64,000 nucleotides of DNA from an uncultured Holophaga sp. (GCA_963663375.1 OY760195.1:1881613-1945612), one strand, 5' to 3'. Numbered from the stretch's first letter, positions 1-9,986 are shown. The notes: a model not told the origin generated them from the sequence alone. Made by a program: numbers and translations.

Positions 1-431
1 CCCCATCGGCGAATCTCGTTCACTTTGGCCCAGGTTCTGCGCTGCCGACCTGGGTGGAAGGACTAGAGCGAGAGGCCTTCGGCGAGGCCTGGGGAACCCT
101 GGAAGACAACGAGCAGATGTGGACCCTGGAAGGGCTCGCCTATGCCCGCTGGAGCTTGGTGCCCGTGGTGGGAGAAGCCGAACTCCTGCGCATCGCGGTG
201 CGCCCCGCAGCTCGCGGCCGGGGCCTAGGCCGCCGCCTGCTCCGCGCGACCACCGAAGCGCTGCGGGATCTGGGCATCACGGAATTGCACCTCGAAGTTC
301 GCGTGTCCAATGGCGCCGCGCGGCACCTCTACGAGGCCGAAGGTTGGCTCATGGCGGGGCTCCGCAAGGGCTACTACCGGGACGGCGAGGATGCGGCACT
401 GTATGGGAAATCGCTTCCCCCGGCAGTCTGA
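1..431 (+). CDS. GNAT family N-acetyltransferase (RimI-like), 5'-truncated at window edge
   Basis: ORF 54..431 carries a GNAT acetyl-CoA motif (RIAVRPAARGRGLGRRLL) and resembles RimI. The reading frame is open to position 1, so the true start is upstream of the window. Confidence 0.6.
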   Translation, partial: PSANLVHFGPGSALPTWVEGLEREAFGEAWGTLEDNEQMWTLEGLAYARWSLVPVVGEAELLRIAVRPAARGRGLGRRLLRATTEALRDLGITELHLEVRVSNGAARHLYEAEGWLMAGLRKGYYRDGEDAALYGKSLPPAV

Positions 432-1673
432 TCAGCCCTTCTCGAACAGCGCGATGCGGTTGCTGTTGGTGCCCTTGGCGTTGTTGTCCACGCCCCAGAT
501 GTTGGCGGTCTTGGTGAAGGTCTGCTCGTTGATGAGCAGCCCCACCGGGCGGAAGCCCGCGCGGATGCCCAGGGGCAGCACGACCTCTTCGAGACGAACG
601 GTACCCTTGCGCACCTCGCCCACTTCGAAGGCCACGAAGCCACCGGGGCGGGTCACCCGGTAGAGTTCCCGGAAGACCCCCTGCATGGTCTCCGCCCAGC
701 CCTCCACGGTGCGGGACATGGTGATGCCCGCTGCGATGGCCTCGGCGTCCAGCCCGCAGAACCAGCAGCGCAGCCAGTTGTCGGCGGCATACTGCACCAC
801 GTCCAGGAAGGGTGGACTGGTGACAGTGAGCTGGATCGAAGCCACCTCCAGGCCCGTCGTCGTTGCCGCATCTCCAGTCAGAAACTGGGCATCCTCGGCG
901 GCGCGGCGCAGGTGCTGGTGTGCGGCCCCATCCAGATCGGACAGCAACTGTCGGGTCTTCTTCAGAATCAACGCCCGGGTATCCCGGTACTCGGGCACCT
1001 GGCCCCGCTTGCGGTTGATTTCCACCTGCTTCTCCGCCCGCAGCGCCTGGTTGGGCGGCAGCGTGTAGACCGAGAAGAAGCCCGGCGAATGGCCCGTGAG
1101 CCGATTGGTGGCCACCATGCGGATCCAGGCATCGACCCCATCGAAGGTGTCCGTTCGCATCCGCTCCAAAAACCAGTGCCGCAGGGCTCGGACCTCCGCC
1201 TCGGTATCGGGGTGGTAGAACATCGAGAGTTCCAGCCCATCCGAGGCCACGCCGTCTCTCGGAATTTGGCAGAGGCGGGCCTTCACCTGTGCGGGATCCG
1301 GGGGAGTGAGCCTGGGGCGCGCCAGAATCTCTGAAAGGGGGTTGATGTCGTTGGCGGCCACCCTGCGGCCCAGCAACGCCGCCTCCAGGGCCGTGGTGCC
1401 CCGGCCGCTGAAGGGGTCGTACACGCGATCCCCGGGGTGGGTCAGCTTCTCGATGAAGAGGCGCGGCAACTGGGGCTTGTAGCAGGCCCGGTAGGAGACC
1501 TCGTGCAAGCTCGAGGCCTGGCGCTGACGGGAGGTCCAGAATTCGCGGCTCCAGCACGGGATGCGCTCGCCCTCGGCCACCACCTCGGACCAGAGGCCAT
1601 CCCCATCCTGGGCGAAGGACTCCAGAAAGGCCTGGCGGACTTCGAAGGGGTCTCTCGCTTTCACCTTGGCCAT
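432..1673 (-). CDS. DNA methyltransferase (N6_N4_Mtase family; motif I DPFSGRGTT, motif IV SPPF)
   Basis: The 413-aa ORF has the AdoMet-binding motif DPFSGRGTTA and the catalytic S-P-P-F motif typical of N4-C/N6-A amino-methyltransferases. No restriction endonuclease partner is visible in the window. Confidence 0.7.
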   Translation of the reverse strand: MAKVKARDPFEVRQAFLESFAQDGDGLWSEVVAEGERIPCWSREFWTSRQRQASSLHEVSYRACYKPQLPRLFIEKLTHPGDRVYDPFSGRGTTALEAALLGRRVAANDINPLSEILARPRLTPPDPAQVKARLCQIPRDGVASDGLELSMFYHPDTEAEVRALRHWFLERMRTDTFDGVDAWIRMVATNRLTGHSPGFFSVYTLPPNQALRAEKQVEINRKRGQVPEYRDTRALILKKTRQLLSDLDGAAHQHLRRAAEDAQFLTGDAATTTGLEVASIQLTVTSPPFLDVVQYAADNWLRCWFCGLDAEAIAAGITMSRTVEGWAETMQGVFRELYRVTRPGGFVAFEVGEVRKGTVRLEEVVLPLGIRAGFRPVGLLINEQTFTKTANIWGVDNNAKGTNSNRIALFEKG

Positions 1674-1705
1674 TCAAGCTCCTGGATCCAGGGTAGCCTT
1701 TCTCG

Positions 1706-3799
1706 ATGGACGCCGAACCCAAGACCAAGCGCAATCGTGAGCTGAATCGCCTGTACGCGGCGGCGCTCCTGGTCGTGCTCATCGGGGTGCTCTTCCGGGG
1801 CTACAAGCTCCTCAGCACCCAGGTGGCTTCTGGCATCGATGCCCCCAGTCGCTGGGCCCTGCTGGCCCTGGGGCTGGCCAATACCCTGGCCATCGGCACC
1901 CTGCTCTTCATCATCGCCCGCTCCCTGGCCAAGCTGTACTTCGAGCGGCGGCGAGGCATTCTCGGCTCCCGCATCCGCACGCGCCTCGTGGTGGCCTTCT
2001 TCGCGGTATGCCTGCTGCCGAGTCTGGCGCTCTTCTTCATGGGCAAGGACTTCATCCGCAAGAACGTGGACCGCTGGTTCATGCCCGAAACCCGCGAACT
2101 GATCCAGGATGGCAAGGTCCTGTCCGAAGCCTATCGGCAGCAACTGGAGGACCGCCTGAGCCTGGCCCTGTTCCGGCTCCCCCATACTCCCGTCGAGGAT
2201 CTGGGCAGGCTGCGGCAGGAGGCGGGCCTCGATCTCCTGGTGCACCTGAATCCCTCTGCCGAGGGGCCCACCCATGATCTCGGGCCGGACCTGATCCTCC
2301 CCACCCTTCCCGCCGAGTTCCACGGCCCAACCCAGGTGGATACGGGCAAGGGACTGTGGTTGGTGGCGCCCTCCCCTGCGGATCGGGCGGCTTCCAGGTT
2401 CGCCGCGGGCATCTTCATCCCCAGGGAACTCCAGGACAGCCTCCTCCGGATGGACAAGCGCGTGCGCGATGCCTCGCAGATTCACGCCTTCCGCAAGAAT
2501 CTGGAGACCCTGCCCCAGGAAACGTTCCTGCTACTCACGCTCTTCACGCTCTTCTTTGCCGTGTGGGTGGGCCTGGCCATCGCCCGCACCATTTCCGAGC
2601 CCGTGCGGGCCCTGGCCAAGGCCGCCCAAAGGGTGGGCACGGGGGACCTGGAGGTCCGGCTGCCGGTCCAGGGGGAGGATGAACTGGCCTTCCTCTCCGG
2701 GAGTTTCAACACCATGATCGGTGACCTGCGCCAGAACCGGGAGGCCATCGAGGCCCAGGCCGCGCGCATCGAGCGCCAGCGAACCTACCTGGACCAGCTC
2801 CTGGAGGCCCTCCCGGTGGGGGTCCTGGGATGGAATCGCGAGGGCGAACTCCGGACCTTCAATCCCACCGCCCGCCGCTGGTTCGGCCTGGAAGCCTGGG
2901 ATCTCTCCGCCTCCATCTGGAGCGAGCTGGCGGCCCAGCCCCGCATGGGCGGCCTTTCCGCCTTGGTGCAGGCGGTGCGCGATACCGGACGCCCCCGCGA
3001 AGAGGAACTCCGCATCGGCGGTGAGGGCGAGGGGCGCCCCGTGCGCGCCATCGTGGTGCCCATCACCGAAGGGGGCGAACTGGCGGTGCTGGAGGATCTC
3101 TCGCTGCTGGCCCAGGCCGAGAAGCGCGCCGCCTGGCAGGAGGTCGCCCGACGCATGGCCCACGAGGTCAAGAATCCCCTCACTCCCATTCAGCTCACGG
3201 CCCAGCGCCTGCTGCGCCGCAGCCGTGAGGGACGCCTGGAGCCCCAGGCCGTCTCCGAAGGAGCCGAAACCATCCTGGCGGAGGTGGCGAGCCTCTCTCG
3301 ATTGGTGGACAGCTTCAGCCGCTTCGCGAAGCTGCCCGCCCCGCAGCCGCAGCTCATGGATGCCTGCGAACTGCTCCGCCAGGTGGAGGCCCTCTACGCC
3401 CCCACCCTTCCCCAGATCGCCTTCGAGCTGACCCTTGCGGGCTGTCCTCTCCAGGTGCGGTGGGATGCCGACATGGTGAAGCGCGCCCTCATCAACTTCG
3501 TGGACAACGCCGTGAGCGCCCTGGACGGCAAGGGCACCATTCACCTCTCGCTGAAGCCCGAGGGGGACCGCATCCGCCTCGAAGTGGAAGACGACGGTCC
3601 CGGCGTGGCCCCGGAGATCCGTGAGCGCCTCTTCGAGCCCTATTTCTCCACCAAGCGGAAGGGCACGGGCCTGGGCCTGGCCATCGTGCGGCGCATCGCC
3701 CAGGATCATGGGGGCGAGGCCCACTACCAGCCCCTCACCCCAGGCAGCCGTTTCAGTCTGGTGCTGCCGATGGAACCCCCGGTGGGCGGTATCCGCTGA
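1706..3799 (+). CDS. Sensor histidine kinase, NtrY-like (TM-HAMP-PAS-HisKA-HATPase)
   Basis: 697 aa. N-terminal TM helices, a HAMP-like segment, an H-box HEVKNPLTPIQL typical of NtrY/AtoS kinases, and C-terminal G-box motifs (GTGLGLAIV). Confidence 0.75.
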   Translation: MDAEPKTKRNRELNRLYAAALLVVLIGVLFRGYKLLSTQVASGIDAPSRWALLALGLANTLAIGTLLFIIARSLAKLYFERRRGILGSRIRTRLVVAFFAVCLLPSLALFFMGKDFIRKNVDRWFMPETRELIQDGKVLSEAYRQQLEDRLSLALFRLPHTPVEDLGRLRQEAGLDLLVHLNPSAEGPTHDLGPDLILPTLPAEFHGPTQVDTGKGLWLVAPSPADRAASRFAAGIFIPRELQDSLLRMDKRVRDASQIHAFRKNLETLPQETFLLLTLFTLFFAVWVGLAIARTISEPVRALAKAAQRVGTGDLEVRLPVQGEDELAFLSGSFNTMIGDLRQNREAIEAQAARIERQRTYLDQLLEALPVGVLGWNREGELRTFNPTARRWFGLEAWDLSASIWSELAAQPRMGGLSALVQAVRDTGRPREEELRIGGEGEGRPVRAIVVPITEGGELAVLEDLSLLAQAEKRAAWQEVARRMAHEVKNPLTPIQLTAQRLLRRSREGRLEPQAVSEGAETILAEVASLSRLVDSFSRFAKLPAPQPQLMDACELLRQVEALYAPTLPQIAFELTLAGCPLQVRWDADMVKRALINFVDNAVSALDGKGTIHLSLKPEGDRIRLEVEDDGPGVAPEIRERLFEPYFSTKRKGTGLGLAIVRRIAQDHGGEAHYQPLTPGSRFSLVLPMEPPVGGIR

Positions 3800-3802
3800 G
3801 CC

Positions 3803-4318
3803 TCAGACCCTCAGCAGGCTGAAGACCGGCAGGCCCTTGAGCTTTTCGCGGCCCGGGAGTTTGTCCACTTCCACGAACAGCGTGAGGGCGATGGGCTGGG
3901 CCCCGGTGCGCTCGATGAGCCTGCGGGCGGCGGCGGCGGTACCGCCTGTGGCCAGCACGTCATCCACGATGAGCACACGGTCACCGGGCTTGAAGGCGCC
4001 CTTGTGGATTTCCAGGGCATCCTCGCTGCCATCCGTCGTCAGGTAGCTTTCCTGGAGGGTCGAGCCCGGCAGCTTGCCGGGCTTGCGGGCGGGCACGAAG
4101 CCCAGACCCAGCTTCTGGGCCAGGGCCGAACCGAAGATGAAGCCCCGGGATTCCAGCCCCAGCACATGGGTGGGCTGGAGGGTGAGCACCGGCGCGGCCA
4201 TGGCCTCCACGGCCCGACTGAAGGCCTGGGCATCCGCCAGCAGGGGCGTGATATCCCAAAAGTCGAAGCTCGGCTTGGGAAAATCGGAGACTTGGCGAAC
4301 GTGCTGCTTAAAATCCAT
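3803..4318 (-). CDS. apt: Adenine phosphoribosyltransferase
   Basis: 171 aa with the PRTase motif VLIVDDVLATGGTA, a full-length match to Apt. Confidence 0.85.
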   Translation of the reverse strand: MDFKQHVRQVSDFPKPSFDFWDITPLLADAQAFSRAVEAMAAPVLTLQPTHVLGLESRGFIFGSALAQKLGLGFVPARKPGKLPGSTLQESYLTTDGSEDALEIHKGAFKPGDRVLIVDDVLATGGTAAAARRLIERTGAQPIALTLFVEVDKLPGREKLKGLPVFSLLRV

Positions 4319-4327
4319 GGCTTCTCT

Positions 4328-4600
4328 CTAAGAGCGAATCTCGAAAGGAAAGGGTAGAGATTCTCCCTCGGATAGCGGGTTCCAGTCCAGCCTGGAAACA
4401 CGCCCAAAGACTGGGCCGCGTTCGAGGGCCACGCGGAAAGCCTCCAGTTCTCCCGGGGCGCCTTCCGCCCGACCCACCACGGTGCGGTCCCACTCATTGC
4501 GCACATAGCCCCGCAAACCCAGCGCCCGAGCCTCATCCCGGGCGAAGGCCCGGAAGCCCACCCCCTGCACATGACCGGATACGGTGAAGGAGACTCTCAC
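4328..4600 (-). CDS. acyP: Acylphosphatase
   Basis: The C-terminal 90 aa of ORF 4328..4912 (VRVSFTVSGHVQGVGFRAF...) carry the acylphosphatase signature. A GTG start is inferred at 4600. The upstream part of the ORF runs into the IS-flanking low-GC sequence and is probably not coding. Confidence 0.7.
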   Translation of the reverse strand: MRVSFTVSGHVQGVGFRAFARDEARALGLRGYVRNEWDRTVVGRAEGAPGELEAFRVALERGPVFGRVSRLDWNPLSEGESLPFPFEIRS

Positions 4601-4875
4601 GACGACTCGCTGTTCGGGTCGGACACAAGCCCCTGAGCCGACTTCATGTTCTCGGCATATGCAATGTTCAGGCACAGGCTCCGCACGCCGAGGCTGCCTG
4701 GCTGGTTGCGATCCGGCAACACCGCCCAACCGAAACCCAGAACCGTCGCGACCAGGGGCTTCAGACCCGGCCCCCAGAGGTCGACATCGTCGGCGAGGAG
4801 AATCAGACACTCGGCCATTGAAGAACATTCTATTAGAGAGGATGCCTTTCGCCCGTGAGAGATAGCCGTCTGAAA

Positions 4876-5992
4876 CCGATTTGCATTCAATAAAATAAAA
4901 CCCATACTTCACTCAGCCCCTCCAAGGAGCCGTGATGAAGACTCTGATCGCCCCCGACGAAGCCACCGTCAACCTTCTCGCCGAGCGACTAAAAACGGCT
5001 CGTCGACACACAGAGTTTCAGCGGATCCAGTGCGTCCTGATCCGCGTCACGCTTGGGAGTTCCGCTTCGGAGATAGCCCGCCTTTTGGGGTGGTCCGTCG
5101 CAACGGTCCACATGCTCCACTCCCGGTATTCCCGGGAAGGAGACGCCCTGTTCGACCTCAAGCCAAAGGGTGGACGGCGCCATCAGAACCTCTCCTTTGA
5201 GGATGAGGCGAAGTTGTTGACGCCCTTCCTGAGCCGGGCGGCCAAGGGCGGAATCCTGGTTGTCTCAGAGGTTCATGCCGCCTACGAAGCCCGGATTGGG
5301 AAGAAGGTTCCACCCAGCACGGTGTATCGGCTGCTGGCCCGACACGAATGGCGGAAGATCGTGCCCCGTCCTCAGCACCCGAAGGCCGACCCGGCAGCGC
5401 AGGCTGCCTTTAAAAAAACTCGAGACAGAGATCGCTGAGATTGTTGCCCGGGAGTCAACCAATGGGTGTTCGGTCCGGCTGATGTTCCAGGATGAGGGCC
5501 GCTTCGGCCTCCTTGGCGATCCCCGACGCTGCTGGGCACCCAAGGGCACCCGCCCCGTGGTTCGGAAACGGCAGCTTCGCCAGTACACCTATGCCTTCGC
5601 CGCCGTGAGCCCTCATGACGGGGTGATGGACAGCCTCGTTCTGCCCTGGGTGGATACAGAAACCATGTCCATGTTCCTGCGAACCGTAGCGGATCGCCAT
5701 CGGGACGAGTTCATCATCATGGTCATGGATCAGGCGGGCTGGCACATCGCCGAAGCGCTCCGGGTGCCGAAGAACATGGAGCTCGCGTTCCTGCCGCCCT
5801 ACAGCCCAGAACTGAACCCCGCCGAGCACCTCTGGGACGACCTGCGGGAGAAGGATTTCGCCAACCGGGCCTTCTCCTCCATGAACGCCGTCGAAGAATC
5901 CCTCGTGCAGGGCCTTCGGCGCCTCGAACAGAACCCGGTAGCCACTCAAAGGCTGACCGGGTTCGGGTGGATTACTTCTATTTCTTTGAATG
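4876..5992 (+). mobile_element. IS630-family insertion sequence (~1.1 kb) with imperfect terminal inverted repeats
   Basis: Two overlapping ORFs encode an IS630/Tc1-type HTH domain and a DDE_3 domain. Candidate TIRs are gatttgcattcaataaaataaaa (~4878-4900) and its imperfect reverse complement (~5967-5989, 18/23 matches). A local GC drop sits at the left junction. Confidence 0.75.
4932..5438 (+). CDS. IS630 transposase OrfA (HTH, DNA-binding part)
   Basis: 168 aa of winged-helix/HTH_Tnp type. It ends just after an A7 run (~5412-5418), where a +1 frame change joins it to OrfB. Confidence 0.75.
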   Translation: MMKTLIAPDEATVNLLAERLKTARRHTEFQRIQCVLIRVTLGSSASEIARLLGWSVATVHMLHSRYSREGDALFDLKPKGGRRHQNLSFEDEAKLLTPFLSRAAKGGILVVSEVHAAYEARIGKKVPPSTVYRLLARHEWRKIVPRPQHPKADPAAQAAFKKTRDRDR

Positions 5993-6000
5993 CGAATTAG
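5260..6000 (+). CDS. IS630 transposase OrfB (DDE_3 catalytic domain); fused to OrfA by frameshift at A7 or inactivated
   Basis: DDE_3 motifs are present (FQDEGRF...MDQAGWH...PPYSPELNPAEHLW). The ORF is in the +1 frame relative to OrfA, and the productive part begins at the A7 tract. Confidence 0.75.
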   Translation: MSQRFMPPTKPGLGRRFHPARCIGCWPDTNGGRSCPVLSTRRPTRQRRLPLKKLETEIAEIVARESTNGCSVRLMFQDEGRFGLLGDPRRCWAPKGTRPVVRKRQLRQYTYAFAAVSPHDGVMDSLVLPWVDTETMSMFLRTVADRHRDEFIIMVMDQAGWHIAEALRVPKNMELAFLPPYSPELNPAEHLWDDLREKDFANRAFSSMNAVEESLVQGLRRLEQNPVATQRLTGFGWITSISLNAN

Positions 6001-6231
6001 TATGAAAGGGCGTTCGTTCCGCCTCTTTTGGCCCGTATTCGCGAGGGGTCAAGGCAACTGTGTTTCGCCTCATTCCGCTCAACACTACATGAGGCTACAA
6101 TTGTTGACTATTCCCCCCCAGCCGCAACTCATTTCGCCGCTTGTCTTGCATTGGGTGTACGGCCAGTTGGACGATCTTCTAACGGAGAAAACTTGGCGCA
6201 CTCTAGATTATCCGGATCTGTCGTACACCGT

Positions 6232-7710
6232 GTGTTGTCCTATTCAGTCCTGACTGCTGGGCTGACACTTGCTCTTGGCTGCGGGGGTCGTGAATCGGAT
6301 GCCGCTTCTCCCGTCATCCAAGGGAGTAGCATCGTCACCTATCACCCACTCTCGGGGGAGTCCGTCAATCGTCCGGAGGATCTCTCCGATCAAATTAACT
6401 TCCCCTCCGGTTCCATCTTGGCCCATCTTCCCAATGGGACGGGCGGGTACACCACATACGCAGGATCGGGAATGGCCGATGGAACCTTCCGCATCAATGC
6501 TGCGCCCACAGGCCACTACTGGCTTCGAGTAGGGTCCACCTACCTCTGGACCGACCAGACAAACATCGACCTTGGATACGATCAAACCGGTCGACCAGAT
6601 TCACGGCGCCCCACTGAACCCACAAACGTGATCTTCAATGTCTCGAACTTGTCTCCGTGGAATGATTCAAGCCACAGGTTCTATTACTACGAGTGCAACA
6701 CTGGCACCAGTTGGGCAGGATTCAGTGCATCAGACCCTGCGAATAATCCCAGCAATGGAGATACAACCCTGTCCGAGATGGCCGTCAATTGGCTCCAGGC
6801 TGACGCCCCGCTGAACGATGGAAGCAAGGGTGACCACCCCTACCTTGTCCAGCTGAGCATCCTTTCCACGACCATAGGGTCATGCAGGATCCCCCAAAAG
6901 GTGTTCGAGCCGACCCCATACACCCAGACCAATGGGAGAAACGTCACGCTTACGGGCGCCTTCACCGAAATCTCTCAGACAGAAACGCTGCGTCTCAACG
7001 TCAAGGCCTCAGAATTCGCACTCGATCTCGCCACGATCGGGCCCAATGCGGTCCCCAGCGATCAACTTTTCAGTTTCGGTGCGATGAAGGGCGCCGCAAC
7101 CTATGGATCTTTCGGAACCGCTGGCGAACTCACTTACTTCGCCTTCTCGACTCCGCAGGTAGCAGATTTTGACCTCGGAGAAATCCCCATCAAGAATCCC
7201 TTCCCATCCACCTGGGACACGTTCCTGTATTCCTACACCTCATACAAAATCAGCCACTCGTTACCGGGAACCACTACCCCCAGAGATTTTTCGGCTTTCT
7301 TGGGTGTTGAGACGTCAAGCCTACCCTCGGCAACGGACCCCCTACGCCCGCTCGTAACACCCGTGCGGAATCCTCGAATCGAGGGCGTGGACCTCCTCAC
7401 GAACCAGAGTGGTGTGGGACTCACTCCCAAACTGTCCTGGCAGGCTCCCGCCGTTGGCTCGCCTTCTGTCTATGTGGTTGACATCTACTGGATTTTTTCG
7501 TCCGGCCTCCACACAAGGGCCTATCTTGGCCCGAGGCTCTTCACGAATTCGACCAGCATGCAGTTACCCCCCGATGTGCTTAGAACCGGTTTGACTTATG
7601 TGTTTCGCGTGTCGGCCATCCAGTGCGGGAACACGAGAGTCTCCTCCCCATTACGCAATTCCATGCCAAACGGCAGAGCAGATGTGATTTCTGGAATCAT
7701 TGCACCGTGA
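6232..7710 (+). CDS. Hypothetical lipoprotein (low-GC, islet-encoded)
   Basis: Long ORF 6028..7710. The plausible start is a GTG near 6232, giving the signal peptide plus lipobox LSYSVLTAGLTLALGC. About 55% GC against ~67% in the flanks. No recognizable catalytic motifs. Confidence 0.5.
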   Translation: MLSYSVLTAGLTLALGCGGRESDAASPVIQGSSIVTYHPLSGESVNRPEDLSDQINFPSGSILAHLPNGTGGYTTYAGSGMADGTFRINAAPTGHYWLRVGSTYLWTDQTNIDLGYDQTGRPDSRRPTEPTNVIFNVSNLSPWNDSSHRFYYYECNTGTSWAGFSASDPANNPSNGDTTLSEMAVNWLQADAPLNDGSKGDHPYLVQLSILSTTIGSCRIPQKVFEPTPYTQTNGRNVTLTGAFTEISQTETLRLNVKASEFALDLATIGPNAVPSDQLFSFGAMKGAATYGSFGTAGELTYFAFSTPQVADFDLGEIPIKNPFPSTWDTFLYSYTSYKISHSLPGTTTPRDFSAFLGVETSSLPSATDPLRPLVTPVRNPRIEGVDLLTNQSGVGLTPKLSWQAPAVGSPSVYVVDIYWIFSSGLHTRAYLGPRLFTNSTSMQLPPDVLRTGLTYVFRVSAIQCGNTRVSSPLRNSMPNGRADVISGIIAP

Positions 7711-7764
7711 CTCCAGAGGATTGACCCCAACATTCAGATGGCTGGTATTGAGGCAAAAACTGGA

Positions 7765-7801
7765 GACAAAAAAAAGGCACCCATCGGGTGCCTCTTTCTT
7801 T
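7765..7801. terminator. Bidirectional rho-independent terminator
   Basis: Hairpin aggcaccc-atcg-ggtgcct with an A9 run upstream and a T-rich run downstream. It serves both the + strand lipoprotein gene and the - strand tRNA. Confidence 0.55.
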
Positions 7802-7878
<77 letters not shown>

Positions 7879-7954
7879 TGAATCGTTGAGTCTACGGGAA
7901 TCGGGGGACGAGGTCAAGACTGGAGCGATCAGGGTAGCCCTGTCGGCTCAGATT

Positions 7955-8563
7955 TTACTCGTCCAGATCCAGGGGCAGCCGGGTCACGGACCACATGCGA
8001 CCAAGGGCACTGGCCTCGGGCTTGGGTTTGCGGGGGCCCTTGGGCGTGGGTTCGGGGAGGGGGATCGCGGGAGCTTCCTCCGATGCTTCCGGCTCCAGGG
8101 GCAGGGCGGGCGGGCTTGGCATTGTCGCCACGACTCGAACGGTCTGGATTCTCGCTTTTCTCGGGCGGGTGGGAGGGCGCAGGACTTCCGGCAGCTCCTC
8201 AGTCTCTATGGAGGGCAGACTCCCGGGAGGCACAGAGAGGCGTCCCAGCACCTTCCGCAAGGCCTGCAAGGCGGTCCACAGGCGCGAGGGCGATACGGCT
8301 GTGGGTTCCGTTTCGCTGTGGGCGGCGGAGATGGGCAGTCCCTGGAGGCGCAGGCGGCAATCCGCCACAGTGCAGCCTTCGGCGAGCCACTGGCGGATGC
8401 GCTGCAGGCGGGCGATCTCCTCCTGGTGGTAGTAGCGCAGGTTGCCCTTAGAACGCCGGGGCTGCAGCTCGGGAATGACCTTCTCCCAGTAGCGCAGCTC
8501 CTTGGGAGTGGCGCCAACACGCCGGGCGGCTTCTCCGATCTTGAACCAGACCCGCTCGATCAT
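7955..8563 (-). CDS. MerR-family HTH transcriptional regulator with Pro-rich C-terminal tail
   Basis: The N-terminus (WFKIGEAARRVGATPKELRYWEK) matches the MerR HTH. The C-terminal ~90 aa are Pro/Glu-rich and low-complexity. Confidence 0.6.
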   Translation of the reverse strand: MIERVWFKIGEAARRVGATPKELRYWEKVIPELQPRRSKGNLRYYHQEEIARLQRIRQWLAEGCTVADCRLRLQGLPISAAHSETEPTAVSPSRLWTALQALRKVLGRLSVPPGSLPSIETEELPEVLRPPTRPRKARIQTVRVVATMPSPPALPLEPEASEEAPAIPLPEPTPKGPRKPKPEASALGRMWSVTRLPLDLDE

Positions 8564-8606
8564 CTCGACCTTCCCGGTCCTGATTCGCTCGAACCAAAGG
8601 CGCGCG

Positions 8607-9986
8607 TCACGGCTCCCTCGTCTCCACGCCGAGGGCCTTCAGGCGCTTGTACAGGTTGGAGCGGTCCAGTCCTAGCTTGTCGGCCACCCGGGTCATGTTG
8701 CCGCTCTGGAGCTTGAGTTCGCGCTGGATGTAGATGGACTCGAACCAGTCTCGGGCCTCCTTCAGGCTCGGGAATTCCGGGAAGGCGAAGGGATCGGGCT
8801 CCGCGAGGTGGCGGGTGGCCAGGGGGCCGAGGTCCCGGGTGGTGATCTCCATGCCCCGCCCCAGGATGAGGGCCCGCTCCATCAGGTTCTTCAGTTCGCG
8901 CACATTGCCAGGCCACTCGTGGTGCAGCAGCGTTTCCCGGGCCTCGGGGGCGAGGCGTTTCGCGGAGCGCCCGTAACTGCGGGCGAAGCGGGCCAGAAAG
9001 GCCTCCGCCAGGGTGATGAGTTCCTCGCCCCGTTCGCGCAAGGGGGGCACCCGCAGGGGCACCACCGCCAGGCGGAAGAAGAGATCCTCCCGGAAGCGCC
9101 CCGCCTTGATCTCTTCGGTGAGGTCCTTGTTGGTGGCAGCGATGACGCGCACATCCACGCTCACGGCGCCGCCGCCGCCCACGGGCTCGATGCGGCCCTC
9201 CTGCAGGGCCCGCAGCACCTTGGCCTGGGTCTTGAGGGACATGTCGCCGATCTCATCCAGGAAGAGCGTGCCGCCGTGGGCCTCGCGGAACTTGCCCTTC
9301 TGATCCCGAATGGCCCCCGTGAAGGCACCCTTCATGTGGCCGAAGAGTTCGGACTCGATGAGTTCCTCGGGGATGGCCGCGCAGTTGACTTCTACGAAGG
9401 GGCCCTTGGCCCGGGCGCTCTGGTCGTGGATGAGGCGCGCGACTTCCTCCTTGCCGCTGCCGTTCTCCCCGGTGAGCAGTACGCGACCCTCCGTGGGGGC
9501 CACCAGCTTCACGTCCGCCAGCAGCCGCTTCATGGCCGGGCTTTCGGCCATGAAGAAGCGATCCTGCTCCACCTCCTGCTGGAGACGCTGGTTTTCCTGC
9601 TCCAGGTGCCGCTGCTTGAGGGCGTTGCTCACCACCAGCAGCAGGCGGTCCAGATCCACGGGCTTTTCCAGGAAGTCGAAGGCCCCCAGCCGGGTGGACT
9701 GGAGGGCCGTGTCGATGTTGCCGTGGCCGCTGATCATCACCACGGGCAATTCGGGCCGCAGAACCTTGGCCCGCTGTAGCGTCTCCAGCCCGTCGATGCC
9801 CGGCAGCCAGACATCCAGCAGCATGAGATGGATGGCGTCGGGATCTGAATTCTCGATGAGCTCCAGGGCCTGCTCGCCCCGCTCCGCCTTGAGCACGGCG
9901 TAGCCCTCCTCGGAGAGGGATTCGCCCAGGGACCGCCGGATGCCCGGCTCGTCGTCCACGATGAGGATGGTCAGCAGGGAGCGCAT
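8607..9986 (-). CDS. Sigma-54-dependent response regulator (REC-AAA+ sigma54 activator-Fis HTH; NtrC/NtrX family)
   Basis: REC domain (LIVDDEPGIRRSL), Walker A GENGSGKE, the GAFTGA motif, and a C-terminal Fis-type HTH. The start is set at MRSLL (9986) inside ORF 8607..10061. Confidence 0.85.
   Translation of the reverse strand: MRSLLTILIVDDEPGIRRSLGESLSEEGYAVLKAERGEQALELIENSDPDAIHLMLLDVWLPGIDGLETLQRAKVLRPELPVVMISGHGNIDTALQSTRLGAFDFLEKPVDLDRLLLVVSNALKQRHLEQENQRLQQEVEQDRFFMAESPAMKRLLADVKLVAPTEGRVLLTGENGSGKEEVARLIHDQSARAKGPFVEVNCAAIPEELIESELFGHMKGAFTGAIRDQKGKFREAHGGTLFLDEIGDMSLKTQAKVLRALQEGRIEPVGGGGAVSVDVRVIAATNKDLTEEIKAGRFREDLFFRLAVVPLRVPPLRERGEELITLAEAFLARFARSYGRSAKRLAPEARETLLHHEWPGNVRELKNLMERALILGRGMEITTRDLGPLATRHLAEPDPFAFPEFPSLKEARDWFESIYIQRELKLQSGNMTRVADKLGLDRSNLYKRLKALGVETREP

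Noticed and set aside
349-1782. 477-aa ORF on the minus strand overlapping the DNA methyltransferase gene
   Set aside because: Alternative frame of the MTase region. It is Arg/Gly/Pro-rich, the composition typical of spurious high-GC ORFs, and has no motifs.
2531-3724. 397-aa antisense ORF inside the NtrY-like kinase gene
   Set aside because: Low-complexity Gly/Ala/Leu-rich translation opposite a well-supported kinase, so a GC-driven artefact.
8808-9779. 323-aa plus-strand ORF opposite the sigma-54 response regulator
   Set aside because: Antisense to a gene with strong AAA+/GAFTGA motifs. No domain signal.
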